Part shown: positions 18,673-29,186 of the stretch, one piece after another
Position numbering within the stretch: the stretch's first letter is position 1
How the letters are laid out: every line of letters begins with the position of its first letter
From: Polyangiaceae bacterium
GTDB lineage: Bacteria; Myxococcota_A; Polyangia; Polyangiales; Polyangiaceae
Assembly (NCBI GenBank): GCA_965222375.1
Contig: CBDCTZ010000016.1
Span: 1,792,001 to 1,856,000 of the forward strand
Direction of reading: 5' to 3'
Length of the DNA stretch: 64,000 nucleotides
Notes under the pieces: generated by a model
Database searches by the model: none
What the model saw: the letters and a program-made list of their open reading frames with translations, nothing else
What the model was told of the DNA's origin: nothing
Position numbers and translations under genes: made by a program

Positions 18673-19950
18673 ATGGCCGCTGCGCATTTTTTCAGAGCTC
18701 GACTTCGATTCTTGGCAGTGCTTGGCGCCTCAGGCGCCCTGGCCCCGTTGGCCTGCGGTGGCAGCACCGACTCGGATGGGAGCGGCGGAAGCTCCGGCAG
18801 CGGCGGGCAGGCGACCGGTGGCACGCCCGCGGCCGGCGGCACGCCTGCAACCGGCGGTGTGACGTCCACGGGCGGCACGCCAGCGACGGGAGGCACGGCT
18901 GGGGCGCCCAGTTGCGACATCGGCAACATCCAGGAGCAGTGCTACTCGCTGAAGTATCTGGAGAACCAGCTCAACAACAACGGACCCTGGGGTGGGGATG
19001 CTCCAGCGCCGGATGGTGGGCCAGACGCGGGCATCGTGCTGACGGAGTGCCCGGCCTACGACCTGGTCCGCAGTGATTGCTGCAACCCCGCGCTGTCCGG
19101 GCCCACCAAACAGGCGGATTTGTGTTGCTATACCTTCTGTGAAAATGGCTGCTGTGGGCGCGCGTTCGTCGTGGATGGCCAGCAACGCCTGGCTGAGGTG
19201 ACCACGCGCTACGATTGGTTCGATCTGCCCATCGGTGAGCACTTGGCGCTGGATCCGACGACCCGCACTGCGCTTACGGACGCGTGGCGAGAGGACGCGC
19301 GTATGGAGCACGCGTCGGTCGCCTCTTTCGCGCGTTTCACCCTCGAGTTGCTCGCCCTCGGAGCACCGCCGGATCTCGTGGCGGACGCGCAGCGCGCCGC
19401 CCTCGACGAAGTCGACCATGCCAAACTGTGTTTTGCTCAGGCTTCGCGCTTCGCTCAGCGTGCGCTCGGCCCGGCCCAGCTGGATGTCGGGGGCGCGACG
19501 GGCTCGCGCTCTCTGCCCGAGGTGGCCGCTGCCGCTTTGGTCGAAGGCGCGATCGGTGAAACCCTGGCAGCCATGCTGGCCCGGGAGCAGCTTCTGGGCG
19601 CCACGGATCGCCCGGTGCAAGACGCCCTGCTGCGCATCGCAATCGACGAAGAAAACCACGCGGAGCTCGCCTGGCGCTTTGTTCACTGGGCGCTGACCCA
19701 GGGTGGGGAGCCGGTGCGGCAGGCAATCGCTCGAGCCGCTGCGGGGGCCCTGGAAAACCCGCCAACAGCAGTGGTGCCGGCGGGAGTAGACGAGAAAGCT
19801 TGGCACCAGTTCGGGCGTCTGACCGAGAGTGACGCCAACGCGGTCGTGCAGCGTGCAACTCGCGACGTGATCGAGCCGTGTCTAGCGGTCCTGCTCTCGG
19901 AGCCAAAGCCGCAACCCGAGTCTGCTCCCTTGGAAGCGTTGCAGGCCTAG
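18673..19950 (+). CDS. Lipoprotein with Gly/Thr linker, Cys-rich segment and C-terminal ferritin-like (di-iron) domain
   Basis: LAC lipobox; GGT repeats; CC motifs; MEHASVASF, DEVDH, EG..GE and DEENH carboxylate/His motifs. Confidence 0.8.
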   Translation: MAAAHFFRARLRFLAVLGASGALAPLACGGSTDSDGSGGSSGSGGQATGGTPAAGGTPATGGVTSTGGTPATGGTAGAPSCDIGNIQEQCYSLKYLENQLNNNGPWGGDAPAPDGGPDAGIVLTECPAYDLVRSDCCNPALSGPTKQADLCCYTFCENGCCGRAFVVDGQQRLAEVTTRYDWFDLPIGEHLALDPTTRTALTDAWREDARMEHASVASFARFTLELLALGAPPDLVADAQRAALDEVDHAKLCFAQASRFAQRALGPAQLDVGGATGSRSLPEVAAAALVEGAIGETLAAMLAREQLLGATDRPVQDALLRIAIDEENHAELAWRFVHWALTQGGEPVRQAIARAAAGALENPPTAVVPAGVDEKAWHQFGRLTESDANAVVQRATRDVIEPCLAVLLSEPKPQPESAPLEALQA

Positions 19951-20747
19951 CGGCTGCTTGCGCGCGCCAGTGCCGTGGCGAGCGCGCGCGCGAAGCTGAT
20001 GCGGGTGTCTGCGCTTTCCCAGAGTCGTACTTCGCGATCGTCGAGGGCATTGTGGGTCTCGATCAAGATCGCGGGCATGCTCGTGGCATAGAGCATGAAA
20101 ATCCGCTTGGGTGTCGGGTGGCGGTCCAGGAATACGCCAGGTTCGCTTCCGGCGGCATAGTCGACGCCGTAGTGTGCCCCGTCGTAGGCCAGGAACCCAG
20201 ACTCGTTCAGCGCCACGGCAACCTGATCTGCGACCCGCTTTCGCGCCGCAGCGGCAGCATCTTCGCCGGCGTCCGAATACAGGACGCTGAAGCCCGGTGC
20301 TTCGTGGTTGCGCAAGCAGGACACGCCGGGGCGTGGCGACCACGCGCGGGTGCGCCCGCGAATGTCCGAGTGCAGACTGACCAGAACATCCGCGCCCCAG
20401 GCAGCGGCCTCCTGAGCGCGCACGGCATAGGAGACGCGCATGTCGGCAGTGCGGCTGAGGCGCGTCGCGAAGCCCAGCCGGTCGAGTTCTCGTTGCACGT
20501 TTTCAGCTAGGGATAGCGTGAAGTCTTGCTCCGGGGTGCAGTACGCGGAGCGGTTGCCCGTGTTGTCTTCAGCGCCATGGCCTGCATCAAGAAAGACTCG
20601 AAACGGCACCGTGCGAGCGGGCAGAGCGCCGAAGTCAGCGGATAGAGCGGGGCGCTCGGGCCACTTGGGGGTCGTGTCCGCGGATGCGGGCAGGACGACC
20701 CCAAATAGGGTTGCAAGAGCGAAACCCAGCCCGCGATGCGCCACCAA
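19947..20747 (-). CDS. N-acetylmuramoyl-L-alanine amidase (Amidase_3)
   Basis: FLDAGHG, E, VSLHSD and PAILIET motifs; signal peptide. Confidence 0.88.
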   Translation of the reverse strand: MVAHRGLGFALATLFGVVLPASADTTPKWPERPALSADFGALPARTVPFRVFLDAGHGAEDNTGNRSAYCTPEQDFTLSLAENVQRELDRLGFATRLSRTADMRVSYAVRAQEAAAWGADVLVSLHSDIRGRTRAWSPRPGVSCLRNHEAPGFSVLYSDAGEDAAAAARKRVADQVAVALNESGFLAYDGAHYGVDYAAGSEPGVFLDRHPTPKRIFMLYATSMPAILIETHNALDDREVRLWESADTRISFARALATALARASSR

Positions 20748-20794
20748 CGCATTGTCCCGCGTGGGCGGGATACTGGCGAATTATCGGCGACGGC

Positions 20795-21799
20795 TCAGAG
20801 TTCCGCCAGGCCGCGCAAACCCACGAAGTAGGCCTGAGTGGCTCTGGCGTCATAGCCGAAGAACTTCTGGATGTAGCCCAACTCCACGGACAGATTCTCC
20901 GTCACCAAGAAGTAAGGCAGGAATGCGAGGGCGAACCGCGCGGCGCGAATGCGGTCACGTTCGCGCGTTGGAGTGGAGCCGGGTTGCGGTGGGATCTCCG
21001 CGCTATAGGCCGCGTCGTAGCGCTCGTCGAAGCGTTCGTGGATGTCGCCCTCCACATAGGGGCCGAACTTGATGCCCGCCTTCCAGGGTAGGAGCCAGCG
21101 TTCGGCTTTGAAGTGCAGTAGGTTGCCCAGCGCAGCGGTGCCGTTTTGCTCCTCGCCGAAGGGTCGGGTTCCCAGCCCCAAGTACAGCGTTGACTCGAAG
21201 GCGAGCCACGGCTGCAGCTCGACCCCCATCTGCCAACCGCCGGCGAAGTAGTCCAGGCGGGGATTGGCGAACTTCTCCTTGTCCATGTTGATCGGCACGG
21301 TGCCCCGTAGGTACACGCCGAAGGCGAACTTGGGATCGTGTATGAGCGCGGTCGACACCGTCGCCGAGAGCAGCGTGCCTTTGTCCTCCGGATAGAACTC
21401 GCAGACGCCCCCACCGAGGAAGCGCGCCCCGTTAGTGCACTCAGGAACCAGCTGCGTTGCCGTTGAGGAACCTGCCGGGTTGACCTGCCATTCGGCGGGG
21501 TCGTTCACCTCTCTCGGGGACTGATAGTAGGTGGCCTCCAACCGCGTGCTCAGGAATTGGAACGGGCCATAGTGCCCCCAGGTGTAGCCAACACCGAGCT
21601 TGTATTCGTAGAAGTCCCTCGCTTTCATGAAGGACTTCTGGTTTTCGTTGGGCTCTATCTTCCCTCGCTCGGCCGTAACCTGGGCGTTGACGTCGAGCTC
21701 TCCGGGGCGTCCACCCACTGGAGTGCTGACGAAAGCGTTGGCGACGCCGGAAAAACTCAGCGCCAACAGAGCTGGCACCACGTAGCGGAGTTTGACCAT
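20795..21799 (-). CDS. Hypothetical secreted/outer-membrane beta-rich protein
   Basis: Signal peptide ending ANA; alternating aromatic/Gly beta-strand pattern. Confidence 0.65.
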   Translation of the reverse strand: MVKLRYVVPALLALSFSGVANAFVSTPVGGRPGELDVNAQVTAERGKIEPNENQKSFMKARDFYEYKLGVGYTWGHYGPFQFLSTRLEATYYQSPREVNDPAEWQVNPAGSSTATQLVPECTNGARFLGGGVCEFYPEDKGTLLSATVSTALIHDPKFAFGVYLRGTVPINMDKEKFANPRLDYFAGGWQMGVELQPWLAFESTLYLGLGTRPFGEEQNGTAALGNLLHFKAERWLLPWKAGIKFGPYVEGDIHERFDERYDAAYSAEIPPQPGSTPTRERDRIRAARFALAFLPYFLVTENLSVELGYIQKFFGYDARATQAYFVGLRGLAEL

Positions 21800-21843
21800 G
21801 ACAGGCTTGTACTCCGAAAGACGGGGCTTGGTTACAACCCTGC

Positions 21844-22323
21844 TCACTTTCCGCCGCCTAGCTCTTGGATGGCCTTGACCCGCTTTCCGACCAGTCCCAT
21901 CAACTTGAAAACGACCGCAAAGGAACCCTGGGCTTTGAAGACCAAGGCCTCGGACAGGGCCTTCAGGTCCTCGTTGGCGGGCATCCACCAGGGGTCGGGC
22001 TTGGAGGACCTGTCTACGAATACCGTTCTGGGCCGCACGAAGGTCGAATAGGCATGGCGGCTCGAAGCCACACCAGTGCCCGTGTCTTTCACGCCAGTCC
22101 ACGGGGTCTCGGATAGGATCCCCGTGATGGCGTGGTTGTTGACGAGGCAAACTCCGACGTCCAGCTGGCGCGCCAAGGCTTCGCCCCGCTCCACGTCTTG
22201 GGTCCACACGGACCCGTTCAGACCGTAGGCGGAGTCGTTGGCGTGCTCCACGGCCTCTTCCGCGTCTTTGACTCGCATCACCCCGATGACGGGGCCAAAG
22301 GTCTCTTCGCGCATCACGAGCAT
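21844..22323 (-). pseudogene. C-terminal third of an aldehyde dehydrogenase (5'-truncated)
   Basis: Begins at MREETFGPV, then AN.S.YGL...VWT.D and PW.GVK.TG.G. An in-frame TAG lies 4 codons upstream, so the NAD-binding domain and catalytic Cys are absent. Confidence 0.8.
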
Positions 22324-22444
22324 CGCACGTGGCTACCACTCCGGATTCGGCGGCGGTTCGAAAGTCTTGGCGGCGAGACGGAAAGCGCGGGTTTTCGAAC
22401 GCAGAGGCTTCACGTGCGCGCAGGTGCCAAGTATCTTTCGGGGA

Positions 22445-22939
22445 ATGAGGGGATACCGTAGTTATTGTTTTGCCGCAGCGGCCCTCTTGGGCTGCGGTGC
22501 GCCGGTGGAGCCTGCGCAGGCGCCGCAGCGTGAACCTGCGCCGCTGCCCGAACCTGAACCCGAGCCCGCTGCACCCGAGCCTGAAGCCGAACCCGTTGCG
22601 GAAGCGGAGCCGGCCGCTCCCGAGCCGGAATTCACCGAAGGCATGAGTGTCGATGAAGCGGTAAACGCGGTCCCTCAGGGGCACGAGCGGGCAAACATCG
22701 AGCAGGCTGCGTTGGGCAAGCCTCTCACAGACATGAAGTTGTACGAGCCCTGCGGTGCCAAAGAGAAACAACACGCCAAGATCCGCGTCGCCGTTTGGGA
22801 CGGTCGCGCGGTCGGGATCGATGTCAGCGTGACACCGAAGCCCGACGCAAAGCTCGCGGAATGCATCAAAGAGCAGATTAGAACAGTCACTTGGCGTGAC
22901 AAGGCCAAGTCCCTGAACACCGTCGAGTTCGCTTTCTAG
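22445..22939 (+). CDS. Hypothetical lipoprotein with Pro/Glu linker
   Basis: LLGC lipobox, (PE)n linker and a small C-terminal two-Cys domain. Confidence 0.7.
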   Translation: MRGYRSYCFAAAALLGCGAPVEPAQAPQREPAPLPEPEPEPAAPEPEAEPVAEAEPAAPEPEFTEGMSVDEAVNAVPQGHERANIEQAALGKPLTDMKLYEPCGAKEKQHAKIRVAVWDGRAVGIDVSVTPKPDAKLAECIKEQIRTVTWRDKAKSLNTVEFAF

Positions 22940-25900
22940 CCGGTCAGCCCGAGCTGCTCTGCCAATTCGGTCGTGCGCTTGTGGGATGGAACCCGAGTCA
23001 AGAAACCCTCGCGAGCCGCGTCGTCCCCTAGGGCGTCAGCCCGCTCGAGCAGGCGTGTCAATGCCGTGCGCACGATCTCACGGGCCTTGTCCTCGTTGCC
23101 CAGCTGAAGGTTGGCCTCCGCCCACGTCACGTGCACGAGGGCCTCGGTGTCCTCTGGGCAGCCGTGTTTTTCTAGCAATTCGGCGGCACTTTCGCTGCAG
23201 CTGCAGGCTTCGGGTATGTGCCCCTTCGAGAGCAGGGCGCGCGCAACGACAGCGACGGCCAGGGGCAACAGGCCCGGCACGGCAGTGAGCAGTTCCTTGG
23301 CTCGCTCGGCTTCCTCCAGCGCCAAGTCCTGCTGGCCGAGCTCCACGAGTGCCAACGAGAGGTAGGCCCGCGCCGAGCCTTCCAAGATGGCTTCCCCTTG
23401 CTCCACTGCCTGGTTAAGCGCGACTTGCTGGTATTCCACCGAGCCCTTGGCATCGCCTAACCACAGGCGTACCAAACCTAGATTGTGGCGCGAGTAGGTC
23501 TTCACAGTTTCGAGCCCGAGGCGAGTCGCTGCGGAAAGGACCTGCAGCAGCAGGTTCTCGGCGCGGTTCAGTTGGCCGAGAGTGATCAACACGAACCCCA
23601 GATTGACTCGATCATTGGTGCTGGTGCGCGCGTCCCCGGCTAGATCGAATTGCTCCACCGCTAGTTCGAGCTCTCGTCGGAACTCGGCCGGCTTTCCCGC
23701 GAAGTAGGCCACGGCAGAGCGAGCGTGGTGCCGCCAGGCGCGCGCGCCAGCTGGGTTCGACTTCACCTTCGGCACCAACTCTTCGAGGCGCTCCAGCAAG
23801 TCGTGTGCGCGATCTCGATGCCCACTCTTCAAGTGTGCTGTTACCGCTCGTGCAAGACACATGATTTGGGCCGTACGCTGCCCATCCGTGCCGGGTTTTG
23901 CGGACAGCGCTGCACTGGCTGCTTCGCTGATGGTGCCGTCATGATCCAAGCTCCCCGCGCTGCTGCACAGATCCGACAGTGCGGCGAACCAGCGCTCACT
24001 GCCCGACTCGAGCAAAGCTTGGGCTTTCATGGCGGCCTGCTCGCTCAGCGCGTACTTGCCCTGCCATAGTTGAGCGTGGGCGCGCAGCCGCTCGAGTTCA
24101 CCGCGAGTGCGGTCGTCCGGGGCCTGGGTTAGCGCGAGCTCGACGCGATCGAGCGTGGCGACCAAGTCATGCCCCTCCAGGGCCTGTGCCGCGGCGGCGG
24201 CATAGTGCAGCGCGGCTTCCTTGCTGCTCTCTCCTCGACGAAAATGCTCGGCCAGAACCAGGTCGTCGGATTCCCCGTGCTCTCGTAGCCAACTACCGGC
24301 GATGCGGTGGCCCAACTTGCGATCGTCGTCGGTCAAAGACGCATAGGCCGTTTCCCGTACGACGGCGTGACGGAAGATGTACTCATCTTCCTCCGGGAAG
24401 CTGGCCTCCGGGCGTTCGCTGCATAGCTCCCGGGCCACCAAGTCGTCCAGATCAGCCTCTAGAGTCTGGTGGTCGACTTCCGAGCCGATCAGTTGAGCAA
24501 CGGCGCCTCGCCAAAAACGCGCACCGAGAATGCTCGCTCCGCGAAGCACCCGTCGTGCGCTTGGCGACAGTTGCTCGAGGCGTGCCTGTACCACGCCGAC
24601 CACGGTGGCGGGCAGCTCGGTTTGCCCCTCGCTCACCGCGCGAATCAGCTCTTCCAAAAAGAAAGCGTTGCCATCGGCCAGGTCCACGACTCGGGACAGC
24701 TGTTCGTCCGTGATGTCTTCAAGAACGTTGCGAACCAGGCGAACGCTGGCCTTCTTGTGCAAGGGGGGAAGTCGCACTTCCTGGGCACCACGTGCGGCCC
24801 AGAGCTTGGGAAAGAGCTCGAAGACCTCCGGCCGCGCCAGAGCAAATACCAACACCGGGCGCTCGGTGTGGGTCGCCAAGGTCGCGTCGATGAGGGACAC
24901 CGTGGGGCGGTCACCCCAGTGCATGTCTTCGAGCACGATCGCGATGGGCCCGCTCTTGCTGGCGCCTTCGATGAAATCTAGCCAAGCGCCGCGGATGGCA
25001 TCGCCGAGCAGGGTGGGTTCTGCTCGGGCCGCTCGAAGCGTCGGGCTGTCGCAATCGTCGAAGGGCACGTTAGCGAGTTCGCCGAGGAAGAGCGCGGCTT
25101 CCAGCGCAAGGCGGGTCGAGCCCAGCGCCGCCCGCGCCCGCGCCATGAGTTTCACGCGGCTGTCCGCGGCGGGTTCACCCTCCATGATCCCGGCCGAGCG
25201 CCGCAGAGCCGAGCGAAGCGGGCCAAAGGGTGAGCCGGCGCTCAGCGCGTCAGCCCGACCAAATAGGATCTGCAAGTTGGGCTGCTCGCGCCGAAGCTCT
25301 TTGAGGAACTCGTATCGGATGCGTGACTTGCCCAGTCCGGCCTCGCCAACGGCGATTACCGCCCGCGCCACGGGTTCCTCGAAGCATTCATCCGCCAGGG
25401 CGTGCAGAGCGGCCATCTCTCGCTGGCGGCCCACGCAGGGCGTCTCTCGACCGAGAAAGCGGCGCTTGCCTTCCGGGTCCGGTGCTGCTGTCGAGAGCCG
25501 GAAGCGGCCTCGGCTGGTGCGTTCCGCATGGTCGGCGCCCAACGCCTTGGCGGTCTCGTCGTCCAAAGCGACTTCACTAGCGTCGGCGCGAAGCAGCTCC
25601 CGCGCTGCACGGTCCAGAGCGGAACCCAGCGGCGCGCGCTCGCCCATGACTCCGAGCCCAAGGGACAGGGACATCGGTCGCTGCGCGAGCTGCTTGCGCA
25701 AGGTCTGGGCGGCGCGCAGAGCCCGAGTGCCGCGGGCGTCGCCCGTGTCGATGAAACTGGCAACCACACTGCCGTCCGCGAGGCTGTTCCAACTGCCGCC
25801 AAGCTCGATCACCTGGGCGGCCACGCGCAACGAGGGATCCAATTCCGGCTGCGAGACGCGGATTTCCCGGGTCTCCGTGTCTTCGGGCCGGCCGCCGCCA

Positions 25901-26787
25901 ACCAACAAGACCCACACCGCGCGCTGTTCCGTCGAACCCAAGTGCGGGGCCGCAGGGCCGCGGGAATGCAACACTTCGCCAGAAAGGGCTTCCAAGCGTT
26001 CCAGCAACGCGCCGCCGTTTGCAGGGCGCTCGTGCTTGCTTTTCGAGAGCATCTCCGTGATCAACAACTCCAGCCCCACGGGTGTGTTGGGCACGAGCTC
26101 TCGCAACGTCGTGGGTTGCTCCAACAAGATCTTGGCCAAGACGGCGGTGGCATCGCCACCCAAGAACGGGTTCTCTCCCGTCAAGCAGCGGTACAGCAGC
26201 GAGCCCAAGGAGAAGATATCCGAGCAGGGCTCGGGGTTGCGCTCGCCACCGGCCTGTTCCGGCGACATATACGAGAGGGTGCCGATTAGAAGGCCCACTT
26301 CCGTGAAGTGTGGGTCGTACCGGCGCCGCGCCACGCCGAAGTCGATGATCTTGGCTTCGCTCAGCTCTTCTCCGGGGACGAAGATGTTGCTGGGTTTGAT
26401 GTCACGATGCACGACCCCCTGTTCGTGGGCAGCCGCCAGCCCGGTGGCCACTCGCTGGGCCAGCGCCCAGGTTTCCGATGCGGTCAGTTTGCGACGGGAC
26501 AGCAGGCTCGAAAGGGTGCTGCCCTCCAGCCACTCCATTGCGAGGTAGTGCTGTCCCTGAGGGGTCTCGCCGTGGGCGACATATCGAACGATGGCCGGGT
26601 GTTCGAGGGTGGACAGCACGCTGGCTTCTCGGGCGAAGCGTTCGCTGGCCTGACCTGGGTGCAGCATCTTGACGGCTACGGGCTGGTTGGTCTCGTTGTC
26701 CGTGGCATGGAACACTGCGCCCATGCCGCCGACGCCCGCGCGTCGATGCAGCTGAAAGCGCCCTGCGATCTGCGGCAGTTCGTCCAC
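22936..26787 (-). CDS. Hanks-type Ser/Thr kinase fused to AAA/STAND ATPase and TPR region
   Basis: GGMGAV, VAVK, HRDIKPSN, DFG and YMSPEQ; Walker A GEAGLGKS and LEDMHW; TPR-like helical C-terminus. Confidence 0.92.
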   Translation of the reverse strand: MDELPQIAGRFQLHRRAGVGGMGAVFHATDNETNQPVAVKMLHPGQASERFAREASVLSTLEHPAIVRYVAHGETPQGQHYLAMEWLEGSTLSSLLSRRKLTASETWALAQRVATGLAAAHEQGVVHRDIKPSNIFVPGEELSEAKIIDFGVARRRYDPHFTEVGLLIGTLSYMSPEQAGGERNPEPCSDIFSLGSLLYRCLTGENPFLGGDATAVLAKILLEQPTTLRELVPNTPVGLELLITEMLSKSKHERPANGGALLERLEALSGEVLHSRGPAAPHLGSTEQRAVWVLLVGGGRPEDTETREIRVSQPELDPSLRVAAQVIELGGSWNSLADGSVVASFIDTGDARGTRALRAAQTLRKQLAQRPMSLSLGLGVMGERAPLGSALDRAARELLRADASEVALDDETAKALGADHAERTSRGRFRLSTAAPDPEGKRRFLGRETPCVGRQREMAALHALADECFEEPVARAVIAVGEAGLGKSRIRYEFLKELRREQPNLQILFGRADALSAGSPFGPLRSALRRSAGIMEGEPAADSRVKLMARARAALGSTRLALEAALFLGELANVPFDDCDSPTLRAARAEPTLLGDAIRGAWLDFIEGASKSGPIAIVLEDMHWGDRPTVSLIDATLATHTERPVLVFALARPEVFELFPKLWAARGAQEVRLPPLHKKASVRLVRNVLEDITDEQLSRVVDLADGNAFFLEELIRAVSEGQTELPATVVGVVQARLEQLSPSARRVLRGASILGARFWRGAVAQLIGSEVDHQTLEADLDDLVARELCSERPEASFPEEDEYIFRHAVVRETAYASLTDDDRKLGHRIAGSWLREHGESDDLVLAEHFRRGESSKEAALHYAAAAAQALEGHDLVATLDRVELALTQAPDDRTRGELERLRAHAQLWQGKYALSEQAAMKAQALLESGSERWFAALSDLCSSAGSLDHDGTISEAASAALSAKPGTDGQRTAQIMCLARAVTAHLKSGHRDRAHDLLERLEELVPKVKSNPAGARAWRHHARSAVAYFAGKPAEFRRELELAVEQFDLAGDARTSTNDRVNLGFVLITLGQLNRAENLLLQVLSAATRLGLETVKTYSRHNLGLVRLWLGDAKGSVEYQQVALNQAVEQGEAILEGSARAYLSLALVELGQQDLALEEAERAKELLTAVPGLLPLAVAVVARALLSKGHIPEACSCSESAAELLEKHGCPEDTEALVHVTWAEANLQLGNEDKAREIVRTALTRLLERADALGDDAAREGFLTRVPSHKRTTELAEQLGLTG

Positions 26788-26809
26788 CCGCTGCAGTGTA
26801 GTACGACTG

Positions 26810-27574
26810 CTACGCGACAGGGTCTAGGGGGTCAAAAGCCGCGTTGCTGGCGGATTGAACCTGCGCGGATGTGAGCCCGAAGCGCCGTTCGCGGTTCGAG
26901 TACTGGTCGATGGCGTCAATCAGGGTTTGCGGCACGAATTGCGGCCACATGATGGGCAAGAAGACCAACTCGGCGTAGGCCGACTCGAAGAGCAGGAAGT
27001 CACTGACCCGGGACTCACCGCCGGTGCGTATCAACAAGTCCACGTCGGGTAGCGAATGGGTCGTCATCTCACGATGGAAGAAGGACTCGTCAATCTCCTC
27101 CGGCAGCACCAGCCCGGCGCGCGCGCGCACGGCCAAGGCACGAGCTGCTTCCACGATGTCCTGGCGTCCGCCATAGGACAGCGCCAGGGTGAGGGTCATC
27201 TTCTCGCCGTCCGAGGTGTAACGAATCAGATCTTCAACCGCGTGGCGCGTGCCCGTGGGTAGGTCTTCGAGCTGACCAATCACATTCACACGAATGCCAA
27301 GGCTGCGCAGTTCGGAGCGCTCTTTGGCTGCGAAATCCACGAGCAAGCGCATCAGGGTTTCCACCTCGCGGCGCGGACGTGCCCAGTTCGCGACGCTGAA
27401 CGCGTAGAGGGTCAAGTATTCCACGCCGATACGTGCCGCCGTTTCGACGGCGTCTCGGACGGCGCGGGCACCTTCGGCGTGGCCTTCGACGCGTTCCAGA
27501 TTGCGGGCTTCGGCCCAGCGGCCATTGCCGTCCATGATGATCGCGACGTGGCGCGGGATCTGTAACTTGCTCAT
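26810..27574 (-). CDS. uppS: Undecaprenyl diphosphate synthase (isoprenyl transferase)
   Basis: PRHVAIIMDGNGRWA, YAFS..NW.RP, DLLIRTGGE.R.S.FL and RRFG. Confidence 0.96.
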   Translation of the reverse strand: MSKLQIPRHVAIIMDGNGRWAEARNLERVEGHAEGARAVRDAVETAARIGVEYLTLYAFSVANWARPRREVETLMRLLVDFAAKERSELRSLGIRVNVIGQLEDLPTGTRHAVEDLIRYTSDGEKMTLTLALSYGGRQDIVEAARALAVRARAGLVLPEEIDESFFHREMTTHSLPDVDLLIRTGGESRVSDFLLFESAYAELVFLPIMWPQFVPQTLIDAIDQYSNRERRFGLTSAQVQSASNAAFDPLDPVA

Positions 27575-27737
27575 GTTGCTTCTTGAAAGTAGGGCCGCGA
27601 AAACCGCTGCGGCTCTAAGAGGTCGCACACCCAAACGCGGACGCCGGGGACTGTGTGTGGAGGTTTCGTGGAGATTGCTATGCGCCGGATCGAGCTTGCC
27701 GGAGCAACGTGTATAATTATTTGAAATTACTCGAGTT

Positions 27738-29186
27738 TTAAACAGGGGCTTGGCCGCGCGCGTCACCCACGGCTTCCCGCAATTGCTCTCGCGCGCCGCG
27801 CACCGCGGGGGGCAGCAGGAGCTCGAAGCGCACCCGCGGCGGACCGGGCTCCGGCAGCCTGGCGCTACCTCCATGGGACTCGGCCACCGCCCGAACGATG
27901 GACAAGCCCAGCCCGCTACCGCCCTTGTCGGCGCGGGTGGTCACGAAACGCCGGAACAGATTCTTGCGCACGTGTTTGGGCACCGAGCCCTCGCTTTCCA
28001 CTGCAATGGCGACGCCCTCGCTGACGCGTTCCGCTCGCAAGCGCACTGGGCTGCCGTCCTGCCCATGAATCAATGCGTTGTCGAGAAGGTTCGCGAGCGC
28101 TCGTGACAGCCACGTTTCGTCACCGCGCACACGAACATCCCCTTCCAATTGCACCTCAACGCGCTCCCCAGATGCATCGGCTTGCTCGGCGGCGCGCTGC
28201 AGCAGCCGGCCCAGGTCGACCTGTTTGAGGTCCTCGACCCCCCGCGCCTCGATTCGCGCCAGGCTCAGCAGGTCGTTCAGCAAACGTTCGATGCGCTCCG
28301 TCGCTTCGCGAATGCGCAGAACGAAGCGCCGAGCCTCCTCGGGCTCATCCAAGGCGCTTTCGTCTAGAACTTCAGCGCTCGCGCGGATTGCCGCTACTGG
28401 GTTCTTCAATTCGTGAGACAGATCTGCAGCGAAGGCCTCGACGAAGGGTCGCCCTTCGAGCTGACGTCGCATCGAGTCGATGGAGCGACTCAAATGGGTC
28501 ACCTCGCGCCCGGAAGTGACCGGGGGTGCTGCGGTGCGCTCACCGGCGCTGACGCTTTCGGCGAATTGGCTCAAGCGCTCGATGGGGCGGGCGATAGACC
28601 TTCCAATCGCCGCCGCTGCAATCGCGGCCGCCGCGCCCAACACCAGGCTGATCACCAGGACCGTCGGCGCGAAATCCGCAAGCAATCGCCGCATCACCAC
28701 GGTTGGTTTCACGACTCGGACGGATCCCACCCGCTTGCCTTCCCGCAGGATCGGCGCATCCACGCTCACGGTGCCCGGCTCGCCCTTCAGGGACGCTTTG
28801 CCCTTGGGAAAGATGACCTGCGCATTGACGTCCAAGAGCTCCAGGCGCAAATCCGCTCCCCGGGACTGCTCCTGGGCCATTCGGGCGCCTACGGCGTCGA
28901 TGCTGACTCCCGTGCGCTGCATTTCGCCCGCCAGAATGCCGGCAATTGCCGCAGCTTCGTCCGTCGCGGCTTGAGTCGCCAACCGCACGGCACGGGCTTC
29001 GATACGATCGATCACCATCAAGCCGAGGCCGAAGGCGAAGGCGCCGACGATGGAGGCCAGGGCCAGGAACACCTGCATGCGGATCGACATGCCGCGGGTT
29101 CGCGTCTCGAGCAGGCGCGAGATGACGAACGCGGCGAAAAGAATCAGACCGATCGCTGCAGCGGCGACAACGATGAGCCGAATCAC
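27738..29186 (-). CDS. Membrane sensor histidine kinase (HAMP-HisKA-HATPase; CreC-like)
   Basis: SHELKNP H-box, NLLDNA N-box and GSGLGL G2 box. Confidence 0.92.
   Translation of the reverse strand: MIRLIVVAAAAIGLILFAAFVISRLLETRTRGMSIRMQVFLALASIVGAFAFGLGLMVIDRIEARAVRLATQAATDEAAAIAGILAGEMQRTGVSIDAVGARMAQEQSRGADLRLELLDVNAQVIFPKGKASLKGEPGTVSVDAPILREGKRVGSVRVVKPTVVMRRLLADFAPTVLVISLVLGAAAAIAAAAIGRSIARPIERLSQFAESVSAGERTAAPPVTSGREVTHLSRSIDSMRRQLEGRPFVEAFAADLSHELKNPVAAIRASAEVLDESALDEPEEARRFVLRIREATERIERLLNDLLSLARIEARGVEDLKQVDLGRLLQRAAEQADASGERVEVQLEGDVRVRGDETWLSRALANLLDNALIHGQDGSPVRLRAERVSEGVAIAVESEGSVPKHVRKNLFRRFVTTRADKGGSGLGLSIVRAVAESHGGSARLPEPGPPRVRFELLLPPAVRGAREQLREAVGDARGQAPV

Noticed and set aside
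21800..22774. 659-aa ORF 20795-22774 as one protein
   Set aside because: The upstream part overlaps the ALDH fragment and is antisense to a lipoprotein gene; the signal peptide starts at 21799.
24530..26548. 672-aa plus-strand ORF
   Set aside because: Antisense shadow of the kinase gene; Ser/Arg/Ala-rich composition typical of GC-rich off-frames.
27700..27745. AT-rich patch as foreign DNA
   Set aside because: Only about 40 bp and located upstream of uppS; consistent with an ordinary promoter region.
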